Origin: Eledone cirrhosa
Lineage: Eukaryota
DNA length: 64,000 nucleotides
Reading direction: 5' to 3'
Assembly: GCA_964016885.1 (NCBI GenBank)
Contig: OZ024752.1
Coordinates: forward strand, 46,066,001-46,130,000
The translations under genes and the position numbers were made by a program. Numbering within the stretch: position 1 is the stretch's first letter; the number at the start of each line of letters is the position of its first letter. The notes beneath the pieces were generated by a model that was not told the origin of the DNA, made no database searches, and saw nothing but the letters and a program-made list of their open reading frames with translations. Below, in pieces: positions 57,611 to 64,000 of this stretch.

Positions 57611-58248
57611 TTAACCCTTTATCATTTACATTACTAAATGATAAATTGAGCCATTACTAAATACAAAGTAAAACCTACTACAGTCAGTAGGCATCTCTAA
57701 CAAAATACACCTCCGTCCCACCACCCCCCACCCCATCCACACTGCCCCTTTCAATGTAAAGTTATGTTTGGTGCCACAACATCCAGCCCGAAACAAATGA
57801 GGCCGTGTAGGTGTCACGACAAAAAAAACACACAGTCCACGCTGTAATGTGGCCGTGTAGGTAACACGGTAAAAACTTCCCAGCCCCACACTGTAAATGT
57901 GGTTGGTGTTAGGAAGGGCATCCAGGTGTAGAAAACCTGCCAGACAGTCCTATGCGAGCAAGACAACCACTCTTGCCTCAAGTGGGAAAACTCTCGTCCA
58001 AACCCATGCGAGCGTGGAACATGGATGTTAAATGATGATGATGATTACTCTATATTTTCTATTGTATTTTCATGGTAAAGGCTTTACCTCACATAATATC
58101 AAATCTATGAGATTTTGGTGTTATTTATTTTGAGAAACAATACCTTAACATCAGTATAAGTGGCCAATTATGGCTGGTTTGAACAGAAAGAGGTGAGAGG
58201 TGAGAGAATTCTGGTCGGATATGGCTGGTTTAAATGCTAAAGGGTTAA
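57611..58248 (+). mobile_element. piggyBac-like MITE interrupted by a SINE-like insertion (about 57636-58046)
   Basis: TTAA-CCCTT start, AAGGG-TTAA end; ATTACT duplicated on both sides of the insert. Confidence 0.72.
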
Positions 58249-58359
58249 TAATGAGAAAGTTGGTTAAATTACTAAATTGCTCTAAATTCTAATTTGTCTG
58301 CAAAATTATTTGAAAGCTATAGGCTGTGTCTTTCGTTAGAAATATGGTAGGGAAAGAGT

Positions 58360-58915
58360 TAAACCATCCTACCACCGCCACCATACTACTCCCTATTATC
58401 ACATACCAGCGGGGAGGGGTCTCTTTTCTCTATCTCCCTTCCCTGGGGGACATTACATCAAGTCTAACCTCTTAAACCATCCGTTCACCACCACCACCAC
58501 CACCACCACCACCACCACCCACCACCGCCCCCACCATACTCCTCCCTTATTAACACATACCAGCAGGGTCTCTTTTCTCTATCTCCCTTCCCTGGGGGGA
58601 CATTACATCAAGTTTACCCTCTTAAACCATCCTATGTACCACCACTAACACCACCACCACCACCACCACCACCACCATACTCCTCCCTTATTAACACATA
58701 CCAGCAGGGTCTCTTTCTCTATCTCCCTTCCCTGGGGGGACATTACATCAAGTCTACCCTCTTAAACCATCCGTTCACCACCACCAACACCACCACCACC
58801 ACCACCATCACCACCACCACCACCACCACCACCACCACCACCATACTACTCCCTATTAACACATACCAGCAGGGTCTCTTTTCTCTATCTCCCTTCCCTG
58901 GGGACATTCCATTAA
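58360..58915. repeat. About 120-170-bp tandem repeat (4 copies) with variable (CAC)n
   Basis: Repeated ACATACCAGCAGGGTCTCTTTTCTCTATCTCCCTTCCCTGGGGG. Confidence 0.85.
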
Positions 58916-59040
58916 ACCCCACTCTCACCAAAACCAACCCCATGTGAACCTCCCTATGATTTTCCAGTTTCTGAGATGATAGATTTAATGATGTCTTTAT
59001 TAGGTTTCCTACTCTCTCTAACCCTGTAATACTGTGTGTA

Positions 59041-59074
<34 letters not shown>

Positions 59075-59076
59075 TA

Positions 59077-59113
<37 letters not shown>

Positions 59114-60136
59114 ATGTATGTATGCATGTATGTATGTATATATGTGTGACATCCCTTCATTGTCTATTATTTTTCTGTATATAGTGTATATATATATATA
59201 TGTATATGTAACCTGTATATAGTGTGGTAGCTTCTATTCTGTGTATACATGCATTTTCCTTTGAAAAACAAAATAAAAATGAAAAAAACCTCCATCAGTT
59301 TTATGTAAGAACCATTATTAAGTTATGTTCCAAACACCAGCTTAATAATGGAGATGTGACATTTATAAAGCTCTCCATTTTCTTGAATATTTTCAAAAAT
59401 TGTTTACAAACTATAAGAAATGTCTTTTGGAAGAGATGTGGCAGTGAAACTCTAAATGGTTTCTTCATCTTCTCTTCTCTTTCTCGTCTTCTAATTGAGT
59501 TTTGCTTCCTTTTCTTTCCATTTTCCTCCTCTCTGGTAATGTCTTTTGCTTGTGTGTGTGTGTGTGTCTTTGTGTGTGTGTGTGTGTCTTTTGTGTGTCT
59601 ATTATTCCTGTTATGTGTGTATAATGTAGATTTAGTTGTGTGTATCTATGTATGTATGTGTAATGTAGATTTAGTTGGGTATATATATGTGTTTGTTTGT
59701 GTGTGTAATGTAGATTTAGTTGTGTGTGTATGTATGTGTTTGTGTGTGTATCTATGTATGTATGTGTAATGTAGATTTAGTTGTGTGTGTATGTATGTGG
59801 TTGTTTGTGTGTAATGTAGATTTAGTTGTGTGTGTATGTATGTGTTTGTGTGTGTATCTATGTATGTATGTGTAAAGTAGATTTAGTTGGGTATATATAT
59901 TTGTTTGTTTGTGTGGTGTATGTATGTGATTGTGTGTGTATCTATGTATGTATGTGTAAAGTAGATTTAGTTGTGTGTATATGTTTGTTTGTTTGTGTGT
60001 GTAATGTAGATTTAGTTTGTATGTGTATATATTTATGGTATATGTGTGTGTAGGTATTTATGTATGTGTGTAATGTAGATTTAGTTGTTTTTGTGTGATT
60101 CTCTGTGTTTGTATGTGCGTCAAATGTTGATTTAGT

Positions 60137-60288
<152 letters not shown>

Positions 60289-61116
60289 TGTGTGTGGAAT
60301 GGTATGTGAAGACATCCATAATCTTTTCCTATTGCACCCCATTCCCACCCTCTGTGTGTGTGTGTATATGTTTTTGCATCTGCTTATGAGTGTGTGTGTT
60401 TGTCTGTATATGTGGGTATATGTATGTATGTATGTGTGTGTGTATATGTGTTTATGAGTGTATGTCTGTTTGTGTGTATATGTTTGTGTATGTATGTATG
60501 TGTTTGTGCGTATATCTGTTTATGTGTATGTATGTATGTGTTTGTGTGTATATCTGTTTATGTGTATGTATGTGTGTGTATATGTGTTTATGAGTGTGTA
60601 TGTGTGTGTTTGTGTTTGTGTTAGGGTGTTCCATTTTATAAACTATTCACAAATCATCTTGTATTGATCACACCCATGTTCAAATTGATGAAATAACGAA
60701 ATATGCCAAATTATAGTTCAAGTGAATAATATTTCACATCTTTTTATTGATGACACTTTTTTTTTTGGGGGGGGGGGGGGGGGCTGTCCTGTAGTATGTC
60801 CTTTCTCTCCACTAAATCTAATGAGGAAACCATACGATAGAACAAAATGGAATGAATATATGCAGGAGGAATATGTTCTAAATATTGGGATTAAATTGAG
60901 AAACACTTTTTATGGATGAAATTTATTACCAAGAAACAGCTCCCTTTGGGAACTTGTTGAAATGATAATAAGCAGGCAAATGAAATGAAAATAAGCAGAA
61001 AGAAGACATTTTAAATGCACAATAATTTTAGGAGTAAAGAGAAAAACACTTTTTATGAATGAAATTTATAACCGGAAACAAATTTTTCTAGATCTCCCAA
61101 CTCATATGGTGTAATT

Positions 61117-61342
61117 TTAACCCTTCAGCATTTAAATTACTCTAATATTATATTTTCATGGTAAAGTCTTTATCTCACATAATATGGAATCTACGAGATT
61201 TGATGATGTTATTATTATTATTTTTTTTTTTTTGAGAACAATACCTTAATGTCAGTATGTGTGGCTGGTTATGACAGGTTTGAACAGAAAGAGGTGAGAG
61301 AATTCTAGCCGGATATGGCAGGTTTAAATGCTAAAGGGTTAA
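61117..61342 (+). mobile_element. piggyBac-like MITE
   Basis: TTAA-CCCTTCAGCATTTAAA...TTTAAATGCTAAAGGG-TTAA. Confidence 0.78.
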
Positions 61343-61654
61343 AGAAACAGTGGGTGAGCCAGGAACTTTTTCTGGCTTCATTCCTCCTTATTCCTATATC
61401 TGTTTTCTGGGAAAGTATTGGGGATATATTGGACCTTATCTTTAAAACCAATTCTCCAGAAAGAATCTGTTATAATTGGGGCTGCCTGCTTTATCAAATA
61501 TTTTCCTTGGGGAGATTATCATCATGTTCCATGCTTGCAAGGATCAGTATGCAGGTTGGAGCACTCAACAAAGTGTGCACATTGGTTTCTTCACTCTGGA
61601 ATAATGTAAAATAATGTGTAAGTCAAACATGTTAAAGTGGCTTCGTTTATTCCA

Positions 61655-61720
61655 ATTCGCTGTTATATATATATTCAGTGACAGCCATTATTGGCTGTGA
61701 CATCATCAGGCAATAAGAAT
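61655..61720 (-). ncRNA. Degenerate hammerhead motif
   Basis: Minus strand reads CTGATGA-TGTCACAGCCA ATAA TGGCTGTCACT-GAA-TATATATATA. Stem II is good, but GAAA is altered and stem I is weak. Confidence 0.4.
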
Positions 61721-61817
61721 TAAGGCAGAAAAAACAAAACAGGAAAACATGATGTTGTAATGTGTTCTATCCTGTTAATTCATTGATATGTCCAGCTCCT
61801 GGATGTGTTGTTAGTCC

Positions 61818-61866
61818 CCAAAGGAACTGGATTTCAGTTCCTTATTTGGATCATCAGCTCGGTTTG
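61818..61866 (-). ncRNA. Degenerate hammerhead motif related to 40163-40212
   Basis: Minus strand reads CCGAG-CTGATGA-TCCAAATAAGGAACT-GAAA-TCCAGTT-C-CTTTGG. The adjacent 61876-61975 segment is homologous to 40207-40305. Confidence 0.38.
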
Positions 61867-62732
61867 AATGAGGTTGTATGGAAAACTAATTATTGTGGAA
61901 ACACTTCTACCAAACTCCGTCCCATGGACTGAGTACTGTACTACTACGGATATAACTCTCCAGTGTTCTACTATTATATATATATAGGGGGGGGGGGGGG
62001 TTGTATGTGTGTGTGTGTGTGTCTGTGTGTTTATTTGTGTGAATGTATGTGTGTGTGTGTTCATTATGGGAGGTCAAATAAGTGACCCCCCCCTGCCCTA
62101 CCACCACCACCACCACCACCACTACTACTACACACCTAATACTAATTGTTGGTAACAATGGAGTAACTCCTTCCTTGCAGGATTGCATGCATCAATGAGT
62201 GGCAGTGTGAGGCAAGCCTGCTTCACCCACTCCCCCCTGTCCTTGTGTCTCCTACCACCATCACCACTATCACTACCACCACCTGAGTCTCCTTTCAGCA
62301 GTGGCCAGTGGCAGCAGCAGTAGCAGGGATGAGGGGGAGACAACTCTCTCTCTCTCTCTCTCCCCATTGCCCACCAGATGTCATCCTCTGCTGATTCTCT
62401 CTAATATTTATCTCATTCATCTATGTCACCTCCATCACCCCCACTGCCAATGACCTCCCACCATCACTGCCAATGACCTCCCACCACCACTGCCAATGAC
62501 CTCCCACCACCACTGCCAATGACCTCCCACCACCACCACTGGCATTGATCTACCCCCTCCCACCTCACACTAACTACTGCCCTACTTTCATTTCAAATTT
62601 TTCTTCCACTACTTTCTCTTTATGTACATTGTATGTGTGTGTGTGTATATATGTATGTGTATATATATGTATGTGTGTATATATATATATGTATGTGTGT
62701 GTGTATATGTATGTGCGTGTGTATATATATAT

Positions 62733-62774
<42 letters not shown>

Positions 62775-62979
62775 TTGTGTGTATATATATATATATGTAT
62801 GTGTGTGTATATATATATATATATATATGTATGTTTGTGTATATATATATATATATATATATGTATGTTTGTGTGTATATATATATATGTTTGTGTGTAT
62901 ATTATATATATGTGTTTTTATATATATATATGTATGTTTGTTTGTGTGTGTATATATATATATATGTATGTTTGTTTGT

Positions 62980-63024
<45 letters not shown>

Positions 63025-63495
63025 ATATATATATATATATGTATGTTTGTGTATATATATATATGTGTGTGTATATATATATATGTATGTTTGTCTGTGT
63101 GTGTGTATATATATATGTATGTGTTTGTGTGTATATATATATATATATATGTATGTGTTTGTGTATATATATATATTGACAAGGAGTGGGAGACAATTCT
63201 TTTTCTGATGACCCAGTAAATACAGAGGGGGAACTCCTGAGTGATAGGACTGACTTGGCCTTAATTATATATGTGTGTACACACACACACACCCACACAC
63301 ACACACACACACCTACCTATCTACATATATACAGGGGCTGACACCACCATGACCCTGGAGTTCTGTGGCCTTCATTGTATTTTCATTTAAAACAAAATAA
63401 TTTTTGATTCATTGTCTTGTCCTCTACTATATTTCCTGTTTCTACACCCCCCCCCCCCCCCCACACACACACACATATATAATATATATATATAT

Positions 63496-63548
<53 letters not shown>

Positions 63549-63688
63549 CGCACACACACATACACACACACACACACACACATATATACACACACACACA
63601 CATATATATACACACACATATATATATATATATACACATACACACACACATACACATATATATATATATATATACGCACATACACATC

Positions 63689-63760
<72 letters not shown>

Positions 63761-64000
63761 AGCCTGGAAGAGAGGATGGATGGAAGGATGGTCATATCTG
63801 GAATGTGTTTTGTCATGCGATTGCCTCATATGGATTGACCTGGGGCTAAACAACCACCACCACCATACACCACCACCACTTCCCCCACCACCACTACCAT
63901 ACCACTATACCACTACTCCCACCACTACTATACCACTACCATACCACCATACACCACTACCCCCACCAACACCATACACCACCACCACCACCAATATGTA

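Noticed and set aside
59224-59769. 181-aa ORF in partly unique sequence
   Set aside because: No recognisable domain on either strand, and it ends in (TG)n.
63205-63250. CTGATGACCC...GGGGAACTCCTGAGTG hammerhead-like string
   Set aside because: Would need two core changes (GGAA, and G at the cleavage site), and stem I is poor.

Overview
Eukaryotic, microsatellite-saturated genomic DNA. The repeat content (tRNA-head SINEs with (GAT)n tails, RTE-like LINE ends, TTAA MITEs, long (TA)n/(CA)n tracts) suggests an octopus or other coleoid cephalopod; this is inferred, not proven. The only supported protein-coding content is four internal + strand exons (1877-1972, 4643-4773, 14296-14404, 16057-16165). 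They splice in frame into 148 codons of the C-terminal ankyrin repeats of a Caskin-type scaffold protein. The rest of the window is intron, and the intron after the fourth exon is at least 47.8 kb. Nearly all ORFs in the supplied track are translations of simple repeats. The main unexpected signal is a set of 7-9 minimal type I hammerhead-ribozyme motifs with 8-nt self-complementary stem III. They sit in short ORF-less Penelope-like modules, usually next to (TA)n. Several are arranged as head-to-head palindromes (39638-40008, 48120-48304), and four cluster within 0.8 kb at 39.7-40.5 kb. Many of the large minisatellites can be traced to internal segments of SINEs, MITEs and LINEs found elsewhere in this window.
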